32,000 nucleotides of DNA from Erysipelotrichaceae bacterium MTC7. Lineage in GTDB: Bacteria; Bacillota_I; Bacilli_A; Erysipelotrichales; Erysipelotrichaceae. Every line of letters starts with the position of its first letter. The first letter of the stretch is position 1. Made by a program: the position numbers and the translations under genes. Below, piece after piece: positions 1-8,144 of the stretch. The stretch is taken from positions 1 to 32,000 of the forward strand of contig LVZN01000003.1 in assembly GCA_001695645.1 (NCBI GenBank). The letters are read 5' to 3'. The notes below the pieces were generated by a model. That model saw only the letters and a list, made by a program, of their open reading frames with translations, made no database searches and was not told where the DNA came from.

Positions 1-1761
1 ATAATGATAACGGCTTTTCACGTAAGTGGTCCTTTTTTCAATGGCAACGGTGGGGTACTTTTCACTTGACATAAACACCCTAGAGGAAATACCCGTAAGG
101 AATGTTAAGATGTCGATTGCCAGACTTTCAGCGTCTTTTACATTCTTCATAATCACGAATGGGTCAAGAAGTCCTGCATTTCCTTTATCGCTGGTTAAGT
201 TTACGATATTGATTTCATGTGCGATTTCTGGAAGTGTTTCCTTCCAGTTGCCACGCTCTGATTTTGGGTCTAAGATAACCGCCTGTCCCCCAAAGAGAAC
301 CGAATAATACACCAGAAGATTGTTACAGAACGACTTTCCACCGCCAAGCGAACCGACAAAAGCAGACGCAAGGGCGTTGGTAACTGTACCTTTTATACCT
401 TGACTGGCAAGGGACGGTTGCAGGTACACATTTCTTCCCGTATCAACGGAATAGCCCATATAGATACCCGTAGTTTCTCCTAACTGCTGTGTCGCACCAA
501 AGCCAAGCCCAGCTAAAAAATCTGATTTTACATACTGCACATAATCATTGATATATCGCTTGCTGGCAGGTAAAAATTCAGAATGAAGCCCCAGCATATC
601 CCCAGCAGGACGCACCAGCTTTACATTGAGGTCGTCGTAAAAGTCCTTGACTTCATCACAACGGCGTTTTAATTCGTCCAAATCATCAGCCGATACACGC
701 ACTACATAAGAGAGCTTATACATACTTTCTTTTGTCTGGTCTAAGTCCGTTTCCAGCTCATCCACGCTGTCTAATGCGTCCACCACATTTGAACTGGTTT
801 CACTTCCTGCTTGATAGGCGTGATTATCCAAATCTTTCAATTCCTTTTTCTTATTTCTTACTGTGGTAAGAGCCTTTCGATTCTCCACGATTTCTACATT
901 CATAGAAGTATCAACGGGGAATGTGAATTGCTGTTGTTGGAAATAGAAGATTTCACTTGACGGAAAATCAAGCTCCCCGACAATCGCATTGACGGTAAAG
1001 TAGGACACATAGCTTTCCTTGTCCTCATGTTCCAATCGTAAATACCGCTGGCTTTCCTCAATCACACACCTTGTCGGACGGATAAGGTCGTAGTATTTTA
1101 TCAGCGTTTCTTTGTTCAATTTCTTCTTTGGTAACTGATACTCATAATCTTCATAGGCGATACCGTTCCTGCCGTAAAGATGTTCCATGAGATACCCAAA
1201 ATCATTGATTTCCAAGCGACGCACCTTGAAGCGACGGGAGATTTTATTTTCCAGTAACTTTTCCATTTTCATGTAACGGTTGATTTCATCATTCGGCATG
1301 GAAACAAAATCATTCATCAGCGTGTGGTTCACTTCATGGAGAAATTCCGTGAACGTCAGCCACGCCGATTTTTTTATGTTCTTCAGATTGAGCTGTTCTT
1401 CCGTAACCATGAGCTTAAAGCCAAGAAAAAAGCGGTAGTCCACTTGATTGTCACCAATCATAGATACTAACGCTTCGGTCTGTTCGTCTATTTTCTGGCA
1501 GGCAACTTCCTTTAATTTTCCAGTTACCAGCTTCTTTGACTGCTCCTGCATACTATGGATTGAGCTTTCCGTAGCAATCTGCAACGCATGAATTTTACCC
1601 TCACGGGACTGTGCGATAAGCTGTCGGAAACTGTCATGCACGATAAATTTCTGCTCTGCGGATAGAAAAGAATAGTTGTACGGTATCAGCTCATAGTAAG
1701 CGAACACCTCATTGTCCTTGTTCCAGACAAGGTTATTGTCAATATATTTTATCGGGAACAT
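1..1761 (-). CDS. Conjugative transfer ATPase, VirB4-like (Tn916 Orf16 family); C-terminus cut by window start
   Basis: Continuous minus-strand frame, absent from the ORF track because no stop lies in the window. ATG at 1759-1761. Translation starts MFPIKYIDNNLVWNKDNEVFAYYELIPYNY and contains Walker A FVGSLGGGKSF. It overlaps the upstream orf17 end by 23 nt. Confidence 0.9.
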   Translation of the reverse strand, partial: MFPIKYIDNNLVWNKDNEVFAYYELIPYNYSFLSAEQKFIVHDSFRQLIAQSREGKIHALQIATESSIHSMQEQSKKLVTGKLKEVACQKIDEQTEALVSMIGDNQVDYRFFLGFKLMVTEEQLNLKNIKKSAWLTFTEFLHEVNHTLMNDFVSMPNDEINRYMKMEKLLENKISRRFKVRRLEINDFGYLMEHLYGRNGIAYEDYEYQLPKKKLNKETLIKYYDLIRPTRCVIEESQRYLRLEHEDKESYVSYFTVNAIVGELDFPSSEIFYFQQQQFTFPVDTSMNVEIVENRKALTTVRNKKKELKDLDNHAYQAGSETSSNVVDALDSVDELETDLDQTKESMYKLSYVVRVSADDLDELKRRCDEVKDFYDDLNVKLVRPAGDMLGLHSEFLPASKRYINDYVQYVKSDFLAGLGFGATQQLGETTGIYMGYSVDTGRNVYLQPSLASQGIKGTVTNALASAFVGSLGGGKSFCNNLLVYYSVLFGGQAVILDPKSERGNWKETLPEIAHEINIVNLTSDKGNAGLLDPFVIMKNVKDAESLAIDILTFLTGISSRVFMSSEKYPTVAIEKRTTYVKSRYHY

Positions 1762-2137
1762 AGTTCACACTCCTTACTGCCGTGATTGTTTCATTCAAGG
1801 TCTGCTTATGCAGTTTTACGGCTTTTCCCGCATAAGTGATTTTAGGTCGCAGGGCATAGGTTATCTGTGATTTCAAAAAGCTGTACGGCTTCTTTCCGTC
1901 AAAGGTTTTCTGCGACATAAACCAAGTGAGAGCAACGGGAATACCGAAGTATTTGAGAAATGCTCCCTCAATCATGGAAAGTGGGGGAATATCCCCAAAC
2001 AGAATGATGATAAATTCCGTAATCACAAACCATGTAATCTGTGTAAAGGTAACGGGAAAAGGCAGGTTAAAGTCATTGATTGCATACAAGACTTTTTCCA
2101 CGTTCCAGATACCCGTATAAGATTTAATCTTTTTCAA
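1739..2137 (-). CDS. Tn916 Orf17-like (TcpE-family) conjugation membrane protein
   Basis: 132-aa ORF with a TTG start preceded by AAAGGAG. Hydrophobic core FTQITWFVITEFIIILFG. Position directly upstream of the VirB4-like gene, as in Tn916. Confidence 0.8.
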   Translation of the reverse strand: MKKIKSYTGIWNVEKVLYAINDFNLPFPVTFTQITWFVITEFIIILFGDIPPLSMIEGAFLKYFGIPVALTWFMSQKTFDGKKPYSFLKSQITYALRPKITYAGKAVKLHKQTLNETITAVRSVNYVPDKIY

Positions 2138-2170
2138 GTTCTTTCAGCTCCTTTCGTAAGTTCTTCAAAG

Positions 2171-2199
2171 AGAAAAGGACAGCCATTTTCAGACTGTCC
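2171..2199 (-). terminator. Intrinsic-terminator-like hairpin between ardA and orf17
   Basis: Minus strand reads GGACAGTC-tgaaaat-GGCTGTCC (8-bp stem with one G.U) followed by TTTTCT. Confidence 0.4.
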
Positions 2200-2254
2200 C
2201 TTAAAAGAGAAATACGCTGTCAGTAGCAACCATGCCGTTGCTGATCTTCCAGCG

Positions 2255-2758
2255 TTAATATGGTATCTCGCATATCCCTCGGCTTGTTTCAATAAAGCAA
2301 CCGCCCATATCCAAATCTCGCCCGTAGGCTTCATAATCAATGTAGTTCTGTAAGCTGGGTGGAATGTCCCCAAGTGCCTGCAATTCGTCTATGTAGTAAT
2401 AGGCAACATCTGTCATGGTTTCACAGTCGGGATAATAATAAATATCGTCCTTGTGTTCCACGACTTCTTCCAGCGTCCCGTAGTGACTGATAAATTCGTC
2501 CAGACACTCTACGATATAGTCGGGAAGTTCCTCTATCATTTCATACATCTCATTGAGTTCTTCAATGGAAACATACTCGCCAATCGCAATGGGGAAGTTG
2601 TCGGTATCATGGATAGCGTATTCCTCATACTGTTCATTCAAGCCGATTTTTTCTTTTACATCTTCCTCGTCAATGGGGAACGTGAACCAAGCACCGACTA
2701 AATAACCCTCATTGTATTTACCGAGATTAGCAATGTAAACCGCCATATCATCTATCAT
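2255..2758 (-). CDS. ardA: ArdA anti-restriction protein (Tn916 Orf18 homologue)
   Basis: Sequence MIDDMAVYIANLGKYNEGYLVGAWFTFPIDEEDVKEKIGL...YIDYEAYGRDLDMGGCFIETSRGICEIPY is highly acidic and typical of ArdA. ATG at 2758 is preferred over the track GTG at 2767 because GAGGTGG lies 5 nt upstream. Confidence 0.9.
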   Translation of the reverse strand: MIDDMAVYIANLGKYNEGYLVGAWFTFPIDEEDVKEKIGLNEQYEEYAIHDTDNFPIAIGEYVSIEELNEMYEMIEELPDYIVECLDEFISHYGTLEEVVEHKDDIYYYPDCETMTDVAYYYIDELQALGDIPPSLQNYIDYEAYGRDLDMGGCFIETSRGICEIPY

Positions 2759-2775
2759 AAGCACCACCTCATTTC

Positions 2776-3279
2776 CTACTCTGGTAGTTCAAAGATACCG
2801 TGTTCCGTTACTAAGAATTTCCCGTGTTCCTGCAAGTGAGAAGCGTAGGCTTCAAAGTCAAAGTAGTATTCTTGACAGTCCTCGGATAAATGTTTGAACG
2901 TCGAGTCATTCATCAGCTTTTGCCTTGCAACATCTATCATGCTTTTGCAGTCGGGATAAACCGTAATCACGTTCCTGCAAATATAAAGTGCTTCTAAATT
3001 CTCAAACACCGTAAGTAGTGATACATATTCTTCCTGCATATCGCTTGAAAGCTGGCGGTACATAAACTCTAATTCGTTAAGCTGGTACACGCTTGTATGT
3101 TCGTGGACTTCATCAGCATAAGGCAACACCTTTTCGATAATGCGGTACGCCGTGCTTTCTGCACCGACACCTAACTTTTCTTCAAACTCGGCAACATCTA
3201 TCGGCAGGTCGAACCAGTATGATGTTGTTTCTTCGCCAGTTGTTTCTCTCGTTTCCACCAGCACCCTTGTTTCCTGCAT
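2776..3279 (-). CDS. Second, divergent ArdA-like anti-restriction paralogue
   Basis: 167 aa sharing blocks with the adjacent ArdA: WFDLPIDVAEFEEKLGV vs WFTFPIDEEDVKEKIGL; VYPDCKSMIDVA vs YYPDCETMTDVA; YFDFEAYASHLQEHGKFLVTEHGIFELP vs YIDYEAYGRDLDMGGCFIETSRGICEIP. Confidence 0.75.
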   Translation of the reverse strand: MQETRVLVETRETTGEETTSYWFDLPIDVAEFEEKLGVGAESTAYRIIEKVLPYADEVHEHTSVYQLNELEFMYRQLSSDMQEEYVSLLTVFENLEALYICRNVITVYPDCKSMIDVARQKLMNDSTFKHLSEDCQEYYFDFEAYASHLQEHGKFLVTEHGIFELPE

Positions 3280-3494
3280 TGTTCTTCACGTCCTTTCTGT
3301 TGTTTCATCACATCTTTTAAGGTCTGGTACGGCATACCAAACACAAACTTTGAAAAATCTTCTAATTGTCTTTCTTCATAATCGGCAGGGCTCAGCCGTT
3401 TCATTTCACGCCACACCTTACGCTTGTAAGAGGGCAGGTCAGAAATGTATTCACAGCCGACTTTTGCCTGCATATCCTTAAAAATATCGTTCAT
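3198..3494 (-). CDS. Tn916 Orf19-like small protein; 3' end overlaps the next gene by 82 nt
   Basis: Start MNDIFKDMQAKVGCEYISDLPSYKRKVW, with GGAGTGA 6-7 nt upstream of the ATG at 3494. The track's longer start (3542) lies inside the terminator hairpin loop. The C-terminal tail (QCRKQGCWWKREKQLAKK...) runs out of frame over the ArdA-like start. Confidence 0.6.
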   Translation of the reverse strand: MNDIFKDMQAKVGCEYISDLPSYKRKVWREMKRLSPADYEERQLEDFSKFVFGMPYQTLKDVMKQQKGREEQCRKQGCWWKREKQLAKKQHHTGSTCR

Positions 3495-3523
3495 GTAATC
3501 ACTCCAATCTGAAATTTTGGTAT

Positions 3524-3559
3524 GAAAAAAGCAGTCAATCATAAGACTAACTGCTTTGT
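3524..3559 (-). terminator. Intrinsic terminator, copy 1 of a repeated hairpin module
   Basis: Minus strand reads ACAAAGCAGT-tagtcttatgattg-ACTGCTTTTTTC, an 8-bp stem plus a T6 run, 20 nt after the stop of 3579-4355. It is near-identical to 7728-7764. Confidence 0.65.
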
Positions 3560-3578
3560 GTGAATATTAAATTATAGC

Positions 3579-4355
3579 TTATCCTAATCTCTTTTTAATC
3601 TTTCTTTTTAGTTTGAAAAAGAAACTCGTTGAATATTGCTCGTTTTTCACTAATAGTTCATAGGTTTCCATAACATTGATTGTATATACAAAACCCAACA
3701 TTCCAACAGCAAGACCGAAAAATGCAAAGGAATGATATTCTGTCCATGAAATATAGCCTTTCACAGTAAATAGAAAGAAAATTAGTCCTGCTATAAAGAG
3801 AACAGTACAAGGAACAGCAACTATTACATATTTTTTCTTTTTTGAAGTGTATTCGCTTTTCAATTCTTTTAGATATTCATAATCAAGTAGTAAAGGTTCT
3901 TGCCTTAAAATGTTGTATTCTTGTTTTTCATAAAAAATTGCTACGACAAAAAATATAATTCCTGCCACAAAGCAAAATGCCATACCTAAATAACGCCAAG
4001 TCATATTATCTAAAAACAAGGTATATGGTATTCCAGCAAAAATGCAAAGCATAACCCCTAAAGCAAGATAAAGTCCTAATTTTTTCTGATTAGCGATAAA
4101 CCCTACCGACATTTCCTTGCTTACATAATATCCTCGTTCTTCACTATTCTTTACATTCTTTTCGTCTTTCAAAAGATAATCCGTAGATACTTCAAAAATG
4201 TTTGATAATTGTAAAAGCTTTTCTGTTTCTGGAAACCCTTGATTGTTTTCCCATTTACTAATTGCCTGCCTAGTAGTGCCTATTTGTTCAGCTAGTGCTT
4301 CTTGCGATATTCCTTTTTCTTTTCTTAACTTGAAGATTTTTTCTCCTAAACTCAT
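3579..4355 (-). CDS. Membrane-tethered XRE-family HTH regulator (HTH_3 N-terminus + ~4 TM helices); ICE cargo
   Basis: N-terminus [33 protein letters not shown] is a classic Cro/C1 HTH. Hydrophobic segments follow: [89 protein letters not shown] is TAGGAGGT. The gene is visibly AT-richer than its neighbours. Confidence 0.85.
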   Translation of the reverse strand: MSLGEKIFKLRKEKGISQEALAEQIGTTRQAISKWENNQGFPETEKLLQLSNIFEVSTDYLLKDEKNVKNSEERGYYVSKEMSVGFIANQKKLGLYLALGVMLCIFAGIPYTLFLDNMTWRYLGMAFCFVAGIIFFVVAIFYEKQEYNILRQEPLLLDYEYLKELKSEYTSKKKKYVIVAVPCTVLFIAGLIFFLFTVKGYISWTEYHSFAFFGLAVGMLGFVYTINVMETYELLVKNEQYSTSFFFKLKRKIKKRLG

Positions 4356-4436
4356 TGTGTGATACCTCCTATGATTTGATGAATAAATTTTATCAAGCCA
4401 TAATGTTATATTCTATATTTTTTGAAATGCACATTA

Positions 4437-4470
4437 GCAACTTCAAGTTGCAACCTTGTATAATATACAA
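4437..4470. promoter_or_regulatory. Two adjacent perfect palindromes in the promoter region of the XRE cargo gene (candidate operators)
   Basis: GCAACTTcAAGTTGC (4437-4451) and TTGTATAaTATACAA (4456-4470), ~85-115 nt upstream of the ATG at 4355. Confidence 0.4.
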
Positions 4471-4558
4471 AATTCATAGATTTTTCTGGTAAGTACAGCG
4501 TTTTATGTAATACAACATTCAAATTATAACATTCGCATATCAGTACCACAATAAAATT

Positions 4559-4780
4559 TTATGCACCGATAATCTTATTGAACAGCTCTAACAATACATC
4601 TTTCACACCGCCAGCATTGAATACCAAACCGACAGCAATCAAGGCAACTACCAAGAAGCCGATAAGTTTGGAAAACTCACGCTTGAACCCTAAGTAGATA
4701 CCGATAACCACAATCGCCATAAGCACTAAGCTCTGTGCGTTACTTAAAAACCATTGATACAAATTTTGTCCGAAATTCAT
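4559..4780 (-). CDS. Small two-TM membrane protein of the ICE transfer module
   Basis: 73 aa with hydrophobic stretches SLVLMAIVVIGIYLGF and LIGFLVVALIAVGLVF. Its ATG abuts the upstream stop (TAAATG), suggesting translational coupling. GC is backbone-like. Confidence 0.6.
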   Translation of the reverse strand: MNFGQNLYQWFLSNAQSLVLMAIVVIGIYLGFKREFSKLIGFLVVALIAVGLVFNAGGVKDVLLELFNKIIGA

Positions 4781-4915
4781 TTAATTGTCCTCGCTTTCTT
4801 CTAATTGTTTCATTTTATAGTCAGCTTCTTTGCCGACATTCAAAATACACATCAAGACTATGCCGATACCCATTCCCATAGATACCAGCAGGAAGTCTTT
4901 TAATAATACCCACAT
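4781..4915 (-). CDS. 44-aa single-TM micro-ORF (not in the ORF track)
   Basis: Translates to MWVLLKDFLLVSMGMGIGIVLMCILNVGKEADYKMKQLEESEDN. GGAGTG lies 7 nt upstream, overlapping the orf20 stop. The ORF exactly fills the gap between orf20 and 4559-4780. Confidence 0.45.
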   Translation of the reverse strand: MWVLLKDFLLVSMGMGIGIVLMCILNVGKEADYKMKQLEESEDN

Positions 4916-4927
4916 TTTTCATCACTC

Positions 4928-6124
4928 CTAAATTTCTACTAAATCTTTTGCAGGGGTCGTCTGCTGTTTGATTATCATTTCATGCTTTTCTGTGAGCTTT
5001 GCCTGCTGTTCGATTGTCTCCATGTAATCTGTACCGTTTCCCTTATCAATCTTTTTCAGCATTTTCAAGGTCGGTGCTACCTGCCTTTGTACCCAACGCA
5101 ATGTACGATCTAAGGTATAAGGTTCTGGCTTTGTCGTCAGTTTCAGACTTTGCCGATTATCGCCGATAAACCAAGCCCAGCGGTCATTGAGTTTCCAGTC
5201 ATTTTTCCGCTTGTCTGGTTCTTCATCAACAAACCGTACATACTGATTGATGATAGAAAAGGCGGTCTGCTCTGCGTCGTAATACGTCAGCAAATCCCGT
5301 ACTGCATAATAGGCACGTTCATTTCTAAGCCGTATCTCAAAACGGTTGATAATATCGGCTTCTTCCAGAGGTGTCCCTAACTTGACATACTGCTCATAGT
5401 CCTTTTCATAGATACAGAAATATACATCAGATTTCAGCGAACCAAGATAAAGGGTACGTCCCATATATTCTCTGTCGTCCTCGCTGTGCTTGATAAGCTC
5501 GCCCGACTGGTAAAACTTATAACTTCTGGACTTTCCGATATATTCCCGTTTTCTGCATTTTTCCGCAAGCTCTGGAATATCCAAAATGCCCGTATGGTCG
5601 TTGATAGCAAGGTCGATACGCTTCATCACGCCACCGTCTATGAGTGCGTCCATGAGAAAGTCATACCAGCTTCTTTGCTGTGCCAGCAGGTAACTCTCAA
5701 ACTGTCGGCAACCACGCCCCTTTAACTCTAAAAGGACACCTTTTTCTTCGTCAGCCGACGTATAGATAAAGATGTCCCCTAAAGAATAATGCTCCGTATA
5801 ACTGTAATGTCCGTAATCTTCATGGAGCATATAGTTGATATTCAGTTTTAATATATCTTTGATGATGTGCTGTATATCCAGCGTGGGAAAACGAATTTTC
5901 ACATAATCAAACAGCATGGTAAGCGGTGCTTCTGGATTGAACCTTGCCAGTTCTTTATGCAGAGTTTCCAGAAGTTCCTTTGACGGCTTCATTTTTCCGC
6001 TTTCTATCTTGTTGAGATATTCCCTTGTGATACCAGAAGCCACCGCCAGCCTGCCTTGTGAGATACCGTAAGCAATCCGTTTCTCCCGTAATTCTTTTAT
6101 CCATTGTTCTTCATTCAGAACCAT
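4928..6124 (-). CDS. Tn916 Orf20-type relaxase/rolling-circle initiator (N-terminal HTH + Rep_trans domain)
   Basis: 398 aa. N-terminal HTH is YGISQGRLAVASGITREYLNKIESGK, followed by a Rep_trans-like body (FDYVKIRFPT...RIDLAINDH...FEIRLRNERA). Position downstream of the FtsK-like gene, as in Tn916. Confidence 0.85.
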   Translation of the reverse strand: MVLNEEQWIKELREKRIAYGISQGRLAVASGITREYLNKIESGKMKPSKELLETLHKELARFNPEAPLTMLFDYVKIRFPTLDIQHIIKDILKLNINYMLHEDYGHYSYTEHYSLGDIFIYTSADEEKGVLLELKGRGCRQFESYLLAQQRSWYDFLMDALIDGGVMKRIDLAINDHTGILDIPELAEKCRKREYIGKSRSYKFYQSGELIKHSEDDREYMGRTLYLGSLKSDVYFCIYEKDYEQYVKLGTPLEEADIINRFEIRLRNERAYYAVRDLLTYYDAEQTAFSIINQYVRFVDEEPDKRKNDWKLNDRWAWFIGDNRQSLKLTTKPEPYTLDRTLRWVQRQVAPTLKMLKKIDKGNGTDYMETIEQQAKLTEKHEMIIKQQTTPAKDLVEI

Positions 6125-6307
6125 ACCCCCAATCTGTCAAGTGTGAAGTTTTTTAAGGCGACTTCACAGCCGATTTTTACTGGGAAATCATGCCAGAAGC
6201 CTTATGTTTCCTATGTTTTTCGTCTATTGTCTATTTGCAAACGTACCCCTCTGTTAGATACCGAGGGGTTTTACCTGCTGGCGTGGCTTACGCCACACCA
6301 GCAACGG
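6125..6307 (-). other. Candidate oriT region (orf21-orf20 intergenic)
   Basis: The position matches the Tn916 oriT interval. It contains three inverted repeats: TGTGAAGT/ACTTCACA (6142-6168), CCCCTC/GAGGGG (6246-6268) and GCTGGCGTGG/CCACACCAGC (6278-6301, one mismatch). Confidence 0.45.
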
Positions 6308-7702
6308 CTAGTCCGTGCCGTCGCCTTTCGCTTCGCACGTCGCCGTCCCGTCCTGCCTTGCTTGTGCAAGAGAGCCGATAGTCTGCAAAAAGTCATGTCC
6401 TTTCGGGACTAAAGGCGTGTAAAATTCGCTGATAACGCTTGTTCCCACATCACAATAGCCACGCCCCTTGATACGCTTCTGGAAAAACTGCTTTTTCACA
6501 TCTGAACCAAACAGCATACCGTAACCTAATTCGCTGATACGCCCAAGTCCCACGCGGAAATTGAAGTTATCTCTGATACCGTCCGAGAAATACTTTGCGT
6601 CTGGACGCTGGCAGGCAACGATAAGGAAATATCCTGCTTGCCGTCCTAACATAACGATTTTCTTTAACTGGCTAAGTAAGCCCACGCTTTCTTTTGTCCC
6701 CAGCATTTCAAAAAACGCCACATATTCATCAAAGATAAGAAAGCAGGGTGGCAGTCCCAGATAAGCGTAGTTTTCGCCCGTCTTATAGTTCGGGTGTCGC
6801 TTCATTTCCTCACTTCGCTGTACCATACCCTCATAAAAGGCATTGACGCAATCAATCATTTTTTCTTTGGTGTGATACACATTTTCCATAACTGTCCCTA
6901 AGTCTGCTAAGTCCGCATTTTTCGGGTCTAAGATGTAAAGGACAGCGTTGGTATGCAGTAAGGCTTCAATGAGCGTCAGCAGAAAATAGGTTTTACCGCC
7001 ACCAGTCCCACCAGCAATCAGAGCGTGAGGGAGTGCGTCATATTCCCAGACAAGATTTTTCATCAATTTAAGACAGCCATTTTCTGCCCGTACTTCATCA
7101 ATAGTAATGCGGTTCGCTATCATATCATAAAGCAGGGTATATTCGATATAACCGTCATGTAAGGTCTTGTCGGTCAGCTCACAATATAATCCACTTTCCA
7201 ATTTATCCTCTAACCGTAAAAGCTGGTCTTGATATTTTCCCAGCGTAATTTCACAGCGGATATGAAGCAGTCCCTTTTCCATTTGATAATAAATCTTTGG
7301 AAACCAGACGATTTTTTCCCTTGATCTGCTTTGCAGGTCAGTAAAAAAACCGCTGTCTTGTACGGTATCGGCTTCATACCACTTATTTTCCAGTATCATT
7401 CTCGCCAGCTTTTGACGGTGCAGGAGCTTCTTGAAACTGTCGTAACAGAAGCGGTAATACAGAAAAGCGACCAATGCACAAACACCAGTCGCTATCAGTA
7501 TGGTTATGAAGTTGTAAGGGGAAAGCGTCAAGCCGTTCTCTAACAAGCTGAAATGCTCCCAGTCGGTACGCATGAGCTGTTTGATATTCAGTAGCAGGAG
7601 AACCGCCACGAATAAAAACAGAAGCGTCCCTATGGAAAAATGGTAGACAAGGTGCTTGTCGCTGGCTCTGATACGGTGTCCTCTATTCCAAATCTTACGC
7701 AT
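6308..7702 (-). CDS. FtsK/SpoIIIE-family conjugative coupling protein (Tn916 Orf21 homologue)
   Basis: 464 aa with two N-terminal TM segments, Walker A LIAGGTGGGKTYFLL and Walker B-like CFLIFDEY. Confidence 0.9.
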   Translation of the reverse strand: MRKIWNRGHRIRASDKHLVYHFSIGTLLFLFVAVLLLLNIKQLMRTDWEHFSLLENGLTLSPYNFITILIATGVCALVAFLYYRFCYDSFKKLLHRQKLARMILENKWYEADTVQDSGFFTDLQSRSREKIVWFPKIYYQMEKGLLHIRCEITLGKYQDQLLRLEDKLESGLYCELTDKTLHDGYIEYTLLYDMIANRITIDEVRAENGCLKLMKNLVWEYDALPHALIAGGTGGGKTYFLLTLIEALLHTNAVLYILDPKNADLADLGTVMENVYHTKEKMIDCVNAFYEGMVQRSEEMKRHPNYKTGENYAYLGLPPCFLIFDEYVAFFEMLGTKESVGLLSQLKKIVMLGRQAGYFLIVACQRPDAKYFSDGIRDNFNFRVGLGRISELGYGMLFGSDVKKQFFQKRIKGRGYCDVGTSVISEFYTPLVPKGHDFLQTIGSLAQARQDGTATCEAKGDGTD

Positions 7703-7727
7703 AAATCATTCACTCCTTTCTGGGTAC

Positions 7728-7764
7728 GAAAAAAGCAGTCAATCATATAGACTAACTGCTTTGT
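7728..7764 (-). terminator. Intrinsic terminator, copy 2 of the repeated hairpin module
   Basis: Minus strand reads ACAAAGCAGT-tagtctatatgattg-ACTGCTTTTTTC, 39 nt after the stop of 7803-8129. It differs from copy 1 by a single extra base in the loop. Confidence 0.65.
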
Positions 7765-7802
7765 AAATGTTGCAAGATATAATCATAAATCTGCATTTTT
7801 AG

Positions 7803-8129
7803 TTATATTAAGGTCGCACATATAATGCCAATTACACCAATAGCCAAAAATAACAGTCCAATACCTGCTGATTTTTTACGTTTTTCTAATTCTTTTGAGT
7901 TGCTTTCACTCATATTTACAATAGGGTATTTTCTTCTTCCGATTAGATACATAAGCAAACCACTTGAATTATTCCCACTCATTGTAAATACTCCCCAAAA
8001 TTTAGGGTGCTTTAATCCTCTGGCTGTTGCGTCTATAACAGTCATATGATAAATCTGAAACACAACACAAAACGCTCCTACAAGTGCAACTGCTCCACAA
8101 ATTACCGCTAAAACTATGTTCAAATTCAT
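7803..8129 (-). CDS. Small 3-TM membrane protein, PLDc_N-like (cardiolipin-synthase N-terminal-type domain); ICE cargo
   Basis: 108 aa. The segment IYHMTVIDATARGLKHPKFWGVF...GLLMYLIGRRKYP resembles that small-membrane-protein family. RBS AAGGAGG precedes the ATG. The gene is AT-rich. Confidence 0.65.
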   Translation of the reverse strand: MNLNIVLAVICGAVALVGAFCVVFQIYHMTVIDATARGLKHPKFWGVFTMSGNNSSGLLMYLIGRRKYPIVNMSESNSKELEKRKKSAGIGLLFLAIGVIGIICATLI

Positions 8130-8144
8130 AACAAAATATCCTCC

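Noticed and set aside
26-307. 93-aa plus-strand ORF at the window start, and other antisense ORFs inside long genes (for example 9787-10050, 10519-10758, 12147-12410, 14952-15479, 17675-17987, 21962-22439, 25255-25683, 29417-29629, 31530-31748)
   Set aside because: All lie antisense within strongly supported coding regions, lack an RBS, and have skewed compositions characteristic of shadow ORFs.
2134-2373. 79-aa minus-strand ORF overlapping the ardA 3' end
   Set aside because: It is out of frame and overlaps a well-supported ArdA gene. It also spans the terminator hairpin and has no RBS.
3495-3542. Longer start (MIDCFFHTKISDWSDY...) for the orf19-like ORF
   Set aside because: The extra codons are the loop and 3' stem of the terminator hairpin. 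The equivalent ATG in the second hairpin copy is out of frame with orf21. A good RBS (GGAGTGA) precedes the internal ATG at 3494.
6104-6412. Plus-strand ORFs 6104-6412 and 6190-6381
   Set aside because: They run antisense across the candidate oriT and the orf21 3' end. They are Arg/Pro-rich translations typical of the antisense of GC-richer DNA, and they lack an RBS.
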